Shown here: positions 6,978-17,141 of the stretch, one piece after another
Layout: every line of letters begins with the position of its first letter
Position numbering within the stretch: position 1 is the stretch's first letter
Origin: Betaproteobacteria bacterium
Lineage (GTDB): Bacteria > Pseudomonadota > Gammaproteobacteria > Burkholderiales > SG8-39
Assembly (NCBI GenBank): GCA_032125995.1
Contig: JAQBBQ010000139.1
Location: forward strand, 1 to 42,832
Length of the DNA: 42,832 nt
Reading direction: 5' to 3'
The notes under the pieces: model-generated
The model's input: the letters and a program-made list of their open reading frames with translations, nothing else
Database searches by the model: none
Told to the model about the DNA's origin: nothing
Program-made: the position numbers and the translations under genes

Positions 6978-8006
6978 TCAGGCGAGCGAGTCGAGGGTCG
7001 CGGCGGCCTGCCGAAAGGCGACACTCTTACGCAGATCGCGACCGTGGCGCGACCACATGCGCTCCGCGCGCTCGGGATTCGCGAGCGAAACCGGCCCCAG
7101 CGCATCCAGCAACGCGTCCTGCCCGGCGGGATCTTGGCACAGCAGGACCATGTCACAGCCGGCCGCCAGCGCAGCGCGCGCGCGGTCGGCAACGCCACCG
7201 GCCGTGCTTGCACCTTCCATCGACAGATCGTCGCTGAAGATCAGCCCCTGGAACCCCAACGCGCCGCGCAACACGTTCTGCAACCAGTAGCGCGAATAGC
7301 CGGCGGGTTCCGCATCGGCTTGCGTGAAGATCACGTGCGCCGGCATCACGCCTTTGAGCCCGGCCGCGATGACAGGGCGGTACGGCACGAGGTCTTTGCG
7401 CATGATCTCGTCGGTCTGACGCTCGTCGCGCGGCACGCTCACGTGCGAGTCGAGTGCGGCGAACCCATGGCCCGGGAAATGCTTGGCGACCGCAGCCACC
7501 CCGCCGTCGTCTAGGCCCTGAACAAGCGCCGCCGCGAGCGCACCCACGGCACCCGGGTCGAAATGCAGCGCACGGTCGCCGATCACTGAACTCGAGCCGT
7601 AATCGAGATCCAGAACAGGTGCAAAGCTGAAATCGACGCCGTGCGCATCGAGCTCTGCGGCAATCGTGTAACCCACCGCACGCGCAGCCGCTGTAGCCGC
7701 CCCGTGGTCACGATCCCATAAACGGCCCAAGGTCCGCATCGGCGGTATTGCCGTAAAGCCTTCTCGAAACCGCTGCACGCGCCCGCCCTCGTGATCGACA
7801 CAGACGAAAAGCCGCGGCTCGCGGAGCGCCGCAATTTCCGCGGTGAGCGCAACCAACTGCTCCGGGCTCTCGAAATTGTGGGCGAACAAGATCACGCCAC
7901 CCACCGCGGGGTGCAGCAACCGGCGCCGGTCGTCGTCGGACAGCGCGGCGGTGGCTGGATCGAGGACCACAGGTCCGAGGGGAAAGCGTTTCCTTATGCG
8001 TCGCAT
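6978..8006 (-). CDS. nagZ: Beta-N-acetylhexosaminidase (GH3)
   Basis: GGVILF, VDHEGGRVQRF, KHFPGHG...DSH, FSDDLSMEGA. Confidence 0.96.
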   Translation of the reverse strand: MRRIRKRFPLGPVVLDPATAALSDDDRRRLLHPAVGGVILFAHNFESPEQLVALTAEIAALREPRLFVCVDHEGGRVQRFREGFTAIPPMRTLGRLWDRDHGAATAAARAVGYTIAAELDAHGVDFSFAPVLDLDYGSSSVIGDRALHFDPGAVGALAAALVQGLDDGGVAAVAKHFPGHGFAALDSHVSVPRDERQTDEIMRKDLVPYRPVIAAGLKGVMPAHVIFTQADAEPAGYSRYWLQNVLRGALGFQGLIFSDDLSMEGASTAGGVADRARAALAAGCDMVLLCQDPAGQDALLDALGPVSLANPERAERMWSRHGRDLRKSVAFRQAAATLDSLA

Positions 8007-8377
8007 TCGAGAATCACCATTGCGCTCGCGAGTGACCGTTCATCACTCAACGACAGGTGGGTGCGGCGAATGCCGCGTGCCGCGAGCAGCGCGGCGAGCG
8101 GAGCGGAAAATTCCAGCTGCGGCTGGCCGAGTTCCCGCTGGGTCACCCAGAGGCTGTGCCACACCACGGGTGCACGCACGCCCGTGCCCAGTGCCTTGCC
8201 GAACGCCTCCTTTGCTGCGAAGCGTTTGGCGAGATAGGCAGCCGGTCGGCCGATGGACCGGTATCGCGCCAGCTCGGGTGCACAGAGGATGCGTTCCGCA
8301 AATCGTTCGCCAAAACGCGCAACAACCCGCTCGACGCGGGAAATCTCCACCAGATCCGTGCCAACGCCGTAAATCAC
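7994..8377 (-). CDS. acpS: Holo-[acyl-carrier-protein] synthase
   Basis: GVGTDLV, AKRFAAKEAFGKALGTG, LSLSDE. Confidence 0.97.
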   Translation of the reverse strand: MIYGVGTDLVEISRVERVVARFGERFAERILCAPELARYRSIGRPAAYLAKRFAAKEAFGKALGTGVRAPVVWHSLWVTQRELGQPQLEFSAPLAALLAARGIRRTHLSLSDERSLASAMVILECDA

Positions 8378-9135
8378 TGCACGTTCCCGCGCGCCGCGGC
8401 GTCGACCATCAGGCGCTTCATCTCGCGCACCGCCTCCCGCATGCCGACGAACACCGCACGGCTGACGATCGCGTGCCCGATGTGAAGTTCGCGCACGCCG
8501 GGCAGCGCGGCGACCGGTTGCACGTTGAAGTAATTGAGCGCATGGCCCGCGTTGAAGCGCAGCCCGAGTTTGCGGATTGCATCGCCCACCCGGCCGATGC
8601 GATCGAGTTCGACGAGCACCGCCGGACGCTCGCTGTCACGACCCTTCGAATGGAAGGCGTGGGCGTACGGCCCGGTATGGACCTCGCAAACGGTTGCGCC
8701 GATTCGCGCGGCAGCTTCAACCTGCGTCAGATCCGCGTCGATGAACACCGACACGCGGATCCCGGCGCCGGTAAGCCGCGCGACCGACTCGCGCAGCGCC
8801 ACTTCCTGGGCGACGATGTCGAGTCCACCCTCGGTGGTGATTTCGTGCCGGCCTTCTGGGACGAGCATCGCCATTTCGGGCTTGAGCTGCTCCGCGATCG
8901 CAACCATTTCAGGCGTCGCTGCCATCTCGAGATTGAGCTTGATGTGCGTCAACTCGCGCAGACGGCGCACATCCTCGTCCTGAATGTGTCGACGATCCTC
9001 CCGTAGGTGCACCGTAATTCCATCCGCACCACCGAGATGCGCCTCGATCGCAGCCCAGACCGGATCGGGCTCGTAGGTTTGCCGCGCCTGCCGAATGGTT
9101 GCCACGTGATCGACGTTGACGCCGAGTTCGATCAT
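8374..9135 (-). CDS. pdxJ: Pyridoxine 5'-phosphate synthase
   Basis: LGVNVDHVATIRQAR, GITVHLREDRRHI, TTEGGLD, EVHTG, NAGHAL, IGHAIV. Confidence 0.98.
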   Translation of the reverse strand: MIELGVNVDHVATIRQARQTYEPDPVWAAIEAHLGGADGITVHLREDRRHIQDEDVRRLRELTHIKLNLEMAATPEMVAIAEQLKPEMAMLVPEGRHEITTEGGLDIVAQEVALRESVARLTGAGIRVSVFIDADLTQVEAAARIGATVCEVHTGPYAHAFHSKGRDSERPAVLVELDRIGRVGDAIRKLGLRFNAGHALNYFNVQPVAALPGVRELHIGHAIVSRAVFVGMREAVREMKRLMVDAAARGNVQ

Positions 9136-9866
9136 AGATCTTGCAATTCCATGAGCACGTTGCGCGTATGCAGCGTCTGACCGGGAAGACGCTGTGCGAT
9201 CAAGATACGCATCAGCGTACGCGCCTCGTCCCGCGTTTGCGCACGCGCATAATCGTCGCGCGCGACATCGAGCAGGGTCTGGCCGCTGACCACACAGCTA
9301 CCGGACGGGAGCCGAGAATTCCCTTCCCCGTTCAGGGGCACTGGCCCGAGCTCGGGCTCATATCGGTAGCGTCGACGCGGATCCACCGGCGCCCCGCTGT
9401 CCGCCTCCCGTTCGAGCAAAGGCGCATAGCCGAGTTCAGCCAGCATCCTGAGTTCGAAGGCGCGCAACACATCGGCGGGCGCCTGTCCCTCGCTCAATTG
9501 GGCAAGGCTGGCATCGTAGGTGTCGAACAATGTTTCGTGAGGATCTTCGCGTGGCAGAAGACGTAACAGCAGTTCGTTTAGATAGAACCCGCACATGAGG
9601 GCGATGCCTGGCAACGCGGGCAGCCCACCCGCCCACTCGACCGCGGTCAGCGTCGCGAGTTCCGAGGATGCGCTCCAGCTCAGGCGCAGGGGATGGAATG
9701 CGAGCAGCAGGCCCCGCATCGCCGATCTCGGGCGACGCGCGCCGCGCGCGAGTAGGCCGATCCGGCCCCAGCGCCGCGAGTATGCCTCCACGATCAGGCT
9801 CGTCTCCTTGTACGCATAGCTGTGAAGCACGTAGCCTGGCTCCTGCTCGATGCGGCGCCGCGCCAT
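9132..9866 (-). CDS. recO: DNA repair protein RecO
   Basis: YVLHSYAYKETSLIV, ARGARRPRS, CGFYLNELL, FE..L.ELGY; era-recO-pdxJ synteny. Confidence 0.95.
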   Translation of the reverse strand: MARRRIEQEPGYVLHSYAYKETSLIVEAYSRRWGRIGLLARGARRPRSAMRGLLLAFHPLRLSWSASSELATLTAVEWAGGLPALPGIALMCGFYLNELLLRLLPREDPHETLFDTYDASLAQLSEGQAPADVLRAFELRMLAELGYAPLLEREADSGAPVDPRRRYRYEPELGPVPLNGEGNSRLPSGSCVVSGQTLLDVARDDYARAQTRDEARTLMRILIAQRLPGQTLHTRNVLMELQDL

Positions 9867-10750
9867 CAGGCGTACCCAAGCTGGCGCAGCACGCGCAAAT
9901 CATCGGTCCAGTTTTCCCGCACCTTGACCCAGACGTTCAGGAAGACCTTGCCAGCGTACAGCTGTTCCATGTCGCGACGCGCATCGTGTGCGACGCGCTT
10001 AAGCGTGGCGCCGCCGCGACCGACGACGATACCCTTCTGACTCTCGCGTTCGACGAAAATGGTGGCATCGACACGGCGCATCGTGCCGTCCAGGCGGAAG
10101 CCGTCGATCGTCACTTCGCAACGGTACGGAAGTTCTTCGCCCAGCGCGTTGAACAGCTTCTCGCGCAGCAGCTCCGCTGCGAAGAAGCGTTCGTCGCGGT
10201 CGGTCAGCTGGTCAGCCGGATACAGTGCGGGGCCTTCGGGCACCGCCGCCGCCAGGACCCGCAGCAGCTCCGGAAGGTTCTTTCCGGTTCGCGCACTGAC
10301 CGGGACGATGGCGTCAAAATCGCGCAGTTTGGAGAGTCGGTCAAGAAACGGCAGCAGGCGGGCAGCGCCGCGTACGCGGTCGATCTTATTGACGGCGACA
10401 ATCACGTTCTGATGCACCGGGATGGCATTGAGGACCGCGCGATCCTCTGGCCCGAAGTGCAGCGCCTCGATGACGAATAGCGCGACGTCGCAATCACGCG
10501 CCGCCTCGACCGCGCGCCGTCCGAGCGTCCGATGCAGGGCGCTGCGCTTTCGCGGCGGTCGTCCAGGGGCATCGATAAATACAAGCTGGGCGTCGTCCGT
10601 CGTCAGAATTGCAGTGATGAGATGGCGTGTCGTTTGCGCCTTGGGCGATACGATTGAGAGTTTCTGGCCAATCAAGCGATTGACCAGGCTCGATTTTCCG
10701 GTGTTCGGCCTACCGGCGATGCCCACCGTACCGCAACGGTGGGTGGTCAC
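9866..10750 (-). CDS. era: GTPase Era (start placed at GTG 10750)
   Basis: GRPNTGKSS, QTTR, DAPG, NKID, VSA; KH domain with QKGIVVGRGG and WVKV. Confidence 0.96.
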   Translation of the reverse strand: MTTHRCGTVGIAGRPNTGKSSLVNRLIGQKLSIVSPKAQTTRHLITAILTTDDAQLVFIDAPGRPPRKRSALHRTLGRRAVEAARDCDVALFVIEALHFGPEDRAVLNAIPVHQNVIVAVNKIDRVRGAARLLPFLDRLSKLRDFDAIVPVSARTGKNLPELLRVLAAAVPEGPALYPADQLTDRDERFFAAELLREKLFNALGEELPYRCEVTIDGFRLDGTMRRVDATIFVERESQKGIVVGRGGATLKRVAHDARRDMEQLYAGKVFLNVWVKVRENWTDDLRVLRQLGYA

Positions 10751-11424
10751 CGTTCGATGCTCACGAGAACCGCGGCAGCCGCATCCTGCTCGGCACGCTG
10801 GCGTGAGTTTCCCGATCCGGTTGCGCACAACCCGAGGTCGGCGACAACACACTCCACCTCAAAAGTCTGTTCGTGAGCCGCGCCGCGGATTTGCACGATG
10901 CGGTATTCTGGACGCGACTTGCGCTGGCCTTGCACAAGTTCCTGCAAGCGCGTTTTAGGATCCTTGGCCGACCCCGCGCCTGCCGGATCAAGGCTGGAAA
11001 GGCGCTCAGCGTAAGTCGCGAGCACCACCTCGCGTGCCTTCTCATAGCCGCCATCCAGGAACACCGCGCCGAAGAGTGCCTCGAGTGCATCCGCCAGGAT
11101 CGATGCGCGTACCGCGTTACCCTGAACGCGCTCGCCGTCGCCAAGACGAATGTCGGGCGAGATGTCCAGCGTCCGCGCCGCTTCGGCCAAAGCCTCCTCG
11201 CACACCAAGGCGGCCCGCAGGCGGGTCAGGTGTCCCTCGGCAAGCGCCGGATAGCGCGCATAGAGTGCCTCGGCCATCACGCAGCCGAGAACGCCATCGC
11301 CGAGGAATTCGAGTCGTTCGTTGTGTGGCGCACCGTAGCTGCGATGCGTGAGCGCCTGCTCAAGCAGCGCGCCATCGCCAAAGCGGTAACCGATGCGCTG
11401 CTCGAGATCCTGCGTTCGGGACAA
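10747..11424 (-). CDS. rnc: Ribonuclease III
   Basis: ALTHRS, NERLEFLGDGVL, LADALEALFGA, dsRBD KDPKTRLQE. Confidence 0.98.
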   Translation of the reverse strand: MSRTQDLEQRIGYRFGDGALLEQALTHRSYGAPHNERLEFLGDGVLGCVMAEALYARYPALAEGHLTRLRAALVCEEALAEAARTLDISPDIRLGDGERVQGNAVRASILADALEALFGAVFLDGGYEKAREVVLATYAERLSSLDPAGAGSAKDPKTRLQELVQGQRKSRPEYRIVQIRGAAHEQTFEVECVVADLGLCATGSGNSRQRAEQDAAAAVLVSIER

Positions 11425-11430
11425 AGGGTG

Positions 11431-11787
11431 CTACGGCTCCCGAGTGCTGGCCGCAAAATCGATGCAGACAGCGATATTGGCAAAGAGCTTGATTTCCTTG
11501 CGGTAGGCAAACGCAAGCACGGGAAGCCCGCCTTCCTTGGTGATCTCGATATCCGCGGGCGCGATCGAGGTGATATCGTCGATATTCGCATGGGCCTCAA
11601 ACGACTTGCGCATATCAGCCGCCGATAATTCCGAACGATCTTGCGCAATGTTATTGATCGCCTTCTTGGCGTTGAAGTACTCGATGTACGAGGGCGCAAG
11701 CTTCATTACGAGCAAGGCCGCAAAGATCAAGACAAATCCTCCGAGCAGAAGTCCGCTGAGGCTGATGCCGGTTTGCCTGTTTCGCAT
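11431..11787 (-). CDS. DUF4845-family protein (start placed at ATG 11787)
   Basis: MRNRQTGISLSGLL pilin-like N-terminus plus TM segment; conserved position between lepB and rnc. Confidence 0.85.
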   Translation of the reverse strand: MRNRQTGISLSGLLLGGFVLIFAALLVMKLAPSYIEYFNAKKAINNIAQDRSELSAADMRKSFEAHANIDDITSIAPADIEITKEGGLPVLAFAYRKEIKLFANIAVCIDFAASTREP

Positions 11788-11807
11788 GATGCCTCCCTGT
11801 GCGGGCG

Positions 11808-12596
11808 CTAACGGAACGATCCAAAGCGTCCGAGTTCGTTTAGGTTCAGCCAAATAAAGAATGCCTTGCCGACGATATTCTCATCCGGCACAAAACCCCA
11901 GACGCGGCTATCGCTGGAATTGTCCCGGTTGTCTCCCATCATGAAATAGTGATTCGGCGGCACGACGCACGACAATCCCTCGTTATTGTAGTTGCAATTA
12001 GCCGCGTGCGGGAATGCGCGCGCGAAGGGCGGCATGCCGGGTGAATCTGCGTCAAGCAGAGTCTCATGCTCGGTGAGGCCGAAGCGCTCGACAAAGCGGT
12101 TTGAGTACTGCATCCGTTCGCGCGACAGATAGTCGCCGATCTGTCGCACCGGGACCGGCGCACCGTTGATCGACAGCCGCTTGCCGCGGTACTCGACCCG
12201 GTCTCCCGGCAGGCCGACGACGCGCTTAATGTAGTCGAGCGACGGATCCGGTGGGTAGCGAAAGACCATGACGTCGCCGCGCTGCGGCGTGTTCAGGGTG
12301 ACGACCTTGCGATTAATAACCGGCAAACGGATTCCATAGGTGAATTTGTTCACCAGAATAAAGTCGCCGATCACCAGCGTGGGCATCATCGAGCCGGATG
12401 GAATCTTGAACGGCTCGACGATGAACGAGCGCAATATGAATACCGCGAGGATCACCGGGAAAAAGCTAACCGAGTACTCGACCCACCAGGGCTGGCGCGC
12501 GGCTGCCTGGCGCCGACGCCGCAGAACCGCGACGTCGAGCGCCCAGACGGCGCCGGTCAGCGCCAACAACAGAAACAGAAACAGCGCGAAGTTCAA
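11808..12596 (-). CDS. lepB: Signal peptidase I
   Basis: EPFKIPSGSMMPTL, DYIKRVVGLPGD, GDNRDNSSDSR. Confidence 0.98.
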   Translation of the reverse strand: MNFALFLFLLLALTGAVWALDVAVLRRRRQAAARQPWWVEYSVSFFPVILAVFILRSFIVEPFKIPSGSMMPTLVIGDFILVNKFTYGIRLPVINRKVVTLNTPQRGDVMVFRYPPDPSLDYIKRVVGLPGDRVEYRGKRLSINGAPVPVRQIGDYLSRERMQYSNRFVERFGLTEHETLLDADSPGMPPFARAFPHAANCNYNNEGLSCVVPPNHYFMMGDNRDNSSDSRVWGFVPDENIVGKAFFIWLNLNELGRFGSFR

Positions 12597-12608
12597 ACGC
12601 GTCGGCGC

Positions 12609-14408
12609 CTACTTCTCGCCCATCTGCAGCACCGCGAGAAACGCCTCCTGGGGAATCTCGACCGCACCGACCTGCTTCATCCTGCGTTTGCCTTCCTTCT
12701 GCTTGTCGAGAAGCTTCCGCTTGCGCGAGACGTCACCGCCGTAGCATTTCGCAAGCACATTCTTGCGCAGCGCTTTGACGTTTTCGCGTGCCAGGATCGT
12801 GCCGCCGATCGCGGCTTGAATCGCAACATCGAACATCTGTCGTGGAATGAGTTTACGCAGCCGCGCAACGAGATCCCGGCCGCGCGCCTGCGCGGTCGCA
12901 CGATGGGTTATCGACGACAGCGCATCGACCCGCTCGCCATTGATCAGCACCTCCAGCTTGACGACGTCGGCTGGGCGGTATGCCTTGAACTCGTAGTCAA
13001 GCGAGCCAAAACCGCGCGTCAGCGACTTGAGGCGGTCGAAGAAGTCGAGCACCACCTCGCTCAAGGGCATGTCGTAGGACAGCATGACGTGGCGGCTCGT
13101 GTAGTGAAGATTGGTCTGCACGCCGCGCTTTTGCGTGCACAGCGTCATGATGGCGCCCACGTAGTCCTGTGGAACAAAGATCGTCGTCCCGATAATGGGC
13201 TCTCGAATTTCCATGATCTTGTCGACGTCGGGCATTCGCGCCGGGTTGGACAGCTGCTCGACACTGCCGTCGCGCAGTTCGACCTCGTAGACGACCGACG
13301 GCGCCGTCGTCACCAACGCCATTCCATATTCGCGCTCGAGACGCTCCTGGACGATGTCCATATGCAGCAGACCAAGAAAGCCGCAGCGGAAGCCGAATCC
13401 CAGGGCCTGCGAGACTTCAGGCTCGTAGTGCAGGGAGGCGTCGTTTAGATGCAGCTTTTCCAGTGCGTCGCGCAATGACTCGTACTGATTCGATTCGACC
13501 GGGTAGAGGCCCGCAAAGACCTGCGGCTTAACCTCCTTGAAGCCCGGCAGCGGCGCCTCCGCCGTCCGATTGGCGTGCGAGATCGTATCGCCGACCTTGG
13601 CCGAGCGTAGCTCTTTGATGCCGGCGACGACGAACCCGACCTCGCCCACGGAGAGTACGTCGCGCGGCTGCGCCTTTGGCGTGAACACGCCGATCTGGTC
13701 GCAATCGTATTCGTCGCGCGTGCTGAGGAGAATAATGCGATCTTTGGATCGCAAGGTACCGTCCGCGATCCGTACCAGAATGACAACCCCAATGTAATTG
13801 TCGAACCAGGAATCGATGACCAGCGCTCTGAGGCGTCCCTGCGGATCGCCCTTCGGCGGGGGCACGCGCGCGATGACGGCTTCGAGAATGTCGCGCACAC
13901 CTTCGCCAGTCTTCGCACTGGCGCGGATCGCGTCCTTCGCGTCGATCCCGATCACATCCTCGATTTCTTGAATCGCCTTGTCGGGATCGGCAGAGGGCAG
14001 GTCGAGCTTGTTGAGGACCGGGATCACTTCGACGCCCTGCTCGATGGCGGTGTAGCAGTTCGCCACGGTTTGGGCCTCGACGCCCTGCGAGGCGTCGACC
14101 ACCAGAAGGGCGCCTTCGCATGCCGCCAGCGAACGACTGACTTCGTACGAGAAATCGACGTGCCCCGGGGTGTCGATCAGATTCAGTAGGTAGGTCTCGC
14201 CGGTCTGGGAAACATACTGCAGCGCGGCGGTCTGCGCCTTGATCGTGATGCCCCGCTCGCGCTCCAGATCCATCGAGTCCAGGACCTGCACATCCATTTC
14301 GCGTTCAGACAAGCCACCGCAGAGCTGAATAAAGCGGTCGGCGAGCGTCGACTTGCCGTGGTCGATGTGCGCGATGATCGAAAAGTTGCGGATGCGGCTC
14401 TGAGGCAT
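12609..14408 (-). CDS. lepA: Elongation factor 4 (start ATG 14408 or GTG 14411)
   Basis: [51 protein letters not shown]. Confidence 0.99.
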   Translation of the reverse strand: MPQSRIRNFSIIAHIDHGKSTLADRFIQLCGGLSEREMDVQVLDSMDLERERGITIKAQTAALQYVSQTGETYLLNLIDTPGHVDFSYEVSRSLAACEGALLVVDASQGVEAQTVANCYTAIEQGVEVIPVLNKLDLPSADPDKAIQEIEDVIGIDAKDAIRASAKTGEGVRDILEAVIARVPPPKGDPQGRLRALVIDSWFDNYIGVVILVRIADGTLRSKDRIILLSTRDEYDCDQIGVFTPKAQPRDVLSVGEVGFVVAGIKELRSAKVGDTISHANRTAEAPLPGFKEVKPQVFAGLYPVESNQYESLRDALEKLHLNDASLHYEPEVSQALGFGFRCGFLGLLHMDIVQERLEREYGMALVTTAPSVVYEVELRDGSVEQLSNPARMPDVDKIMEIREPIIGTTIFVPQDYVGAIMTLCTQKRGVQTNLHYTSRHVMLSYDMPLSEVVLDFFDRLKSLTRGFGSLDYEFKAYRPADVVKLEVLINGERVDALSSITHRATAQARGRDLVARLRKLIPRQMFDVAIQAAIGGTILARENVKALRKNVLAKCYGGDVSRKRKLLDKQKEGKRRMKQVGAVEIPQEAFLAVLQMGEK

Positions 14409-14411
14409 CAC

Positions 14412-14437
14412 AAAAAAGGGTGCCTGCGGCACCCTTT
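14412..14437 (-). terminator. Terminator-like hairpin directly upstream of the lepA start
   Basis: Minus strand AAAGGGTGCC-GCA-GGCACCCTTT then TTT, immediately followed by GTG-ATG of lepA. Confidence 0.55.
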
Positions 14438-14451
14438 GTTGTACTGGGCCG

Positions 14452-14691
14452 CTATTCTAACGCAAGGTGCCTGCGCAAGGCGTCCTCGTTCAGCCAGTAA
14501 TGACAGATTTCCGCGCCCTGAGAATCGACGAGCACCGGCACGCGTTCACCAAACTGGCGCTCTAGGTCCGGGTGCGCATCGACATCGAACACCTCAAGCT
14601 CGAAGCCGAGTTGTGCCTGCAGCGGTCGCAGGGCGGCGACCAACTCGTCACACAGGTGGCAGTAGCTGCGCCCGTAGATGCGCAGGCGCAT
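14452..14691 (-). CDS. Glutaredoxin-like protein (DUF836 type)
   Basis: [11 protein letters not shown] CxxC motif, DVD...VPVL; conserved between degP and lepA. Confidence 0.88.
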   Translation of the reverse strand: MRLRIYGRSYCHLCDELVAALRPLQAQLGFELEVFDVDAHPDLERQFGERVPVLVDSQGAEICHYWLNEDALRRHLALE

Positions 14692-14698
14692 CGCGCCG

Positions 14699-16111
14699 CT
14701 AGCCCTTGTCCTGGAGGCCGGAAATGGTGACGAAGGCCATGTTTTCGCCGCGCCGAACCTGCAGCGTAAACACCGCGGTCTTGTCGAGTTTGCCGAGCAG
14801 CTGATTCAGCTTCCCAACCGAGCCGAGCGCGGTTTGCCGTCCGCCGTACACGAGGGTCAGCAGGACGTCGCCGCGGCGTACGTCGGCACGCGCGTCCGGG
14901 CGCACCTCGGTCACGATCAAACCGTGCGTGAGCTTCATCTCGTGCTTCTGCTCGTCGGAGAGCGCCGCGACAACGATGCCGAGTCGATTCGCGGCGCCGG
15001 CACTCGGACGTCCCTTGGGGGTCGTGTCGTGCGCGGCAATTCGATCTTCCTTCAGCTCCCCGACGGTGATTTCCATCGCTCGCGTCTCGCCGTTGCGCAA
15101 AACCTCGACGTCCACCTTCGATCCCGGTCGTGTGCTCCCCACGATGCGTGGTAGATCGCTCGAGGACCCCACCTGCTTGCCGTTGAAGCGCGTAATGATG
15201 TCGGTGGCAAGGATGCCAGCCTTGTCCGCGGGACTCGCTTTCTCGACCGAGTTGACGAGCGCGCCGCGCGGGCGATCAAGCCCAAACGAGGTCGCCAGAT
15301 CGCGCGTAACCTCTTGAATTACGACGCCAATGCGTCCGCGGGACACATGCCCTCGTTCGCGCAGCTGGCTCTGGACGTCGAGTGCGACATCGATCGGAAT
15401 CGCGAACGACAACCCCATGAAGCCGCCCGTTCGGCTGTAGATCTGGGAATTGATCCCGACGACCTCGCCGCGCATATTGAACAGCGGTCCACCCGAGTTT
15501 CCGGGATTGATCGCAACGTCGGTTTGAATGAAGGGAACAAAGTTCTCCTGCGGTAGCGAGCGTCCCTTGGCCGACACGATCCCCGCCGTGACGGTGTTAT
15601 CGAAACCGAAGGGCGAGCCGATTGCGACAACCCATTCGCCGACCTTGAGTGCCCCCGGCGTACCGAAGCGCACCGTCGGCAGATCGCTGGCCTCTATCTT
15701 GACGAGCGCGACATCGGTGCGCTTGTCCGCGCCGATGACCTTTGCCTTGAACTCGCGCTTGTCGGTGAGACGAACATTGACTTCATCGGAACCTTCGATG
15801 ACGTGCGCGTTGGTCAGAATGTAACCGTCTGCACTGATGACAAAACCGGAGCCCAACGAGTGACTCTCACGCGGCACGCCCGGCGAGCGCGGGATGAAGC
15901 GCCGGAAAAATTCCAGCATCTCTTCGTCTTCGATGCCGGGAACCTGCGGCAGACTACTGCGCCGGACGGTCTGCGTGGTACTGATATTGACAACCGCCGG
16001 GCCCTGCTGTTCCACCAGGCGCGTGAAATCCGGTAGCTCGCGCGCCTGCGCGAGAACCGTGCCACTGATGGCGAACAAGCAAAGCAAACCAAAGCTTTTT
16101 ACCGCCTGCAT
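14699..16111 (-). CDS. mucD: DegP/DegQ (MucD)-type periplasmic serine protease with 2 PDZ domains (start placed at ATG 16111)
   Basis: LPDFT.LVE, SLGSGF, LTNAHV, TDVAL, QTDVAINPGNSGGPL; signal peptide; SD AAAGGAA upstream. Confidence 0.93.
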   Translation of the reverse strand: MQAVKSFGLLCLFAISGTVLAQARELPDFTRLVEQQGPAVVNISTTQTVRRSSLPQVPGIEDEEMLEFFRRFIPRSPGVPRESHSLGSGFVISADGYILTNAHVIEGSDEVNVRLTDKREFKAKVIGADKRTDVALVKIEASDLPTVRFGTPGALKVGEWVVAIGSPFGFDNTVTAGIVSAKGRSLPQENFVPFIQTDVAINPGNSGGPLFNMRGEVVGINSQIYSRTGGFMGLSFAIPIDVALDVQSQLRERGHVSRGRIGVVIQEVTRDLATSFGLDRPRGALVNSVEKASPADKAGILATDIITRFNGKQVGSSSDLPRIVGSTRPGSKVDVEVLRNGETRAMEITVGELKEDRIAAHDTTPKGRPSAGAANRLGIVVAALSDEQKHEMKLTHGLIVTEVRPDARADVRRGDVLLTLVYGGRQTALGSVGKLNQLLGKLDKTAVFTLQVRRGENMAFVTISGLQDKG

Positions 16112-16141
16112 ACGGGTTCCTTTCGATGATAGTCTGCGACG

Positions 16142-16168
16142 TTCGATTCGCGTACCACAGCAAAGTTC
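16142..16168 (-). promoter_or_regulatory. sigmaE-type promoter for degP/mucD
   Basis: GAACTT-N16-TCGAA on the minus strand, 30 nt upstream of the ATG. Confidence 0.7.
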
Positions 16169-17141
16169 ACTGTGGACGCTGATAGCTGACCTGGTCGGCA
16201 ACGCGTCGCACGCTCGCCGCGGGCGTTTCGCCGACGACGGTCACGACATGGTCTCCGATCTCACGCACGTAAATGTTGATACCGCCCGCGTTCACTGCTC
16301 CACTCGACACGGGCGCTCGCCGTCCCTGCACTGATTCGATGAACACCGAGACCGCGGCAAGGCCATCTGAGTATACGACCTGGCCGATGCGGTGCCGCGC
16401 CGCCGACACCCGCACCACCTCGACGATCTTTTGAAACCCCGGCAGGTTCGATTCAATACGCCAGCCCTCGGCCGCCAGATCTGCCGGTCGTACCGATGCT
16501 TCTTCGATCCGCCACGAACGGGTCGCGTGCCGGGGTTCGACCGCCTCCGCGCCAACATCGCCGATGGCAAGTCGCGTGAAGGTGAACTGCTCAACGGGCA
16601 CATTGGCCTCGCTCAGCGTGATCGCGCGCAGCAACATGCCACTTGCTGCGTCAGCACACAGCGCATAGCCGTAGCGAAAACCATCCTTCGGTTCCATGGT
16701 CAGGGTCTTGCACGCGCGATCCGCGACGCGATCCATCGATCCGAGGCGGACCGTGTAATGTTGCAACAGCGCATCCAATCGCGCCGGCAGCAGCGCCGGA
16801 AAGCCGGGTGCCCCCCCACCGTGACCGATTTTCAGTGTCTGGGATTGCGGCAGATAGCATCGCACGCCATCCTTGGTACGTACAATCTCACGCGGCGCAC
16901 CATCGAGCACTTCCAGGCGTTCGACGTTGCCCGCCGCACTGGCACGGCGCGTCACGCGGGAGGTTTCGCTCCGCTGGCCTTGCTGGAACACGAATGTTCC
17001 CGTGTACGACAGGGTCTGCGTCGCCTCGTAGACCCTGCTGAGCAACGCGCGTGCTTCGGGCGTTGTCTGCGCACTGGCGGTGCCGGCCGCCCATGCGAGC
17101 GACAGCACCAGGGCACGCGCGCCGAGCGCGGCACCATTCAT
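16167..17141 (-). CDS. rseB: MucB/RseB sigmaE negative regulator
   Basis: Signal peptide; YTGTFVFQ, ERLEVLDG.PREIVR, YSDGLAAVSVFIE, VTVVGETP. Confidence 0.92.
   Translation of the reverse strand: MNGAALGARALVLSLAWAAGTASAQTTPEARALLSRVYEATQTLSYTGTFVFQQGQRSETSRVTRRASAAGNVERLEVLDGAPREIVRTKDGVRCYLPQSQTLKIGHGGGAPGFPALLPARLDALLQHYTVRLGSMDRVADRACKTLTMEPKDGFRYGYALCADAASGMLLRAITLSEANVPVEQFTFTRLAIGDVGAEAVEPRHATRSWRIEEASVRPADLAAEGWRIESNLPGFQKIVEVVRVSAARHRIGQVVYSDGLAAVSVFIESVQGRRAPVSSGAVNAGGINIYVREIGDHVVTVVGETPAASVRRVADQVSYQRPQ

Noticed and set aside
10540-10580. Era G3 motif DAPG instead of DTPG
   Set aside because: DxxG and all other GTPase motifs are intact; ordinary divergence.
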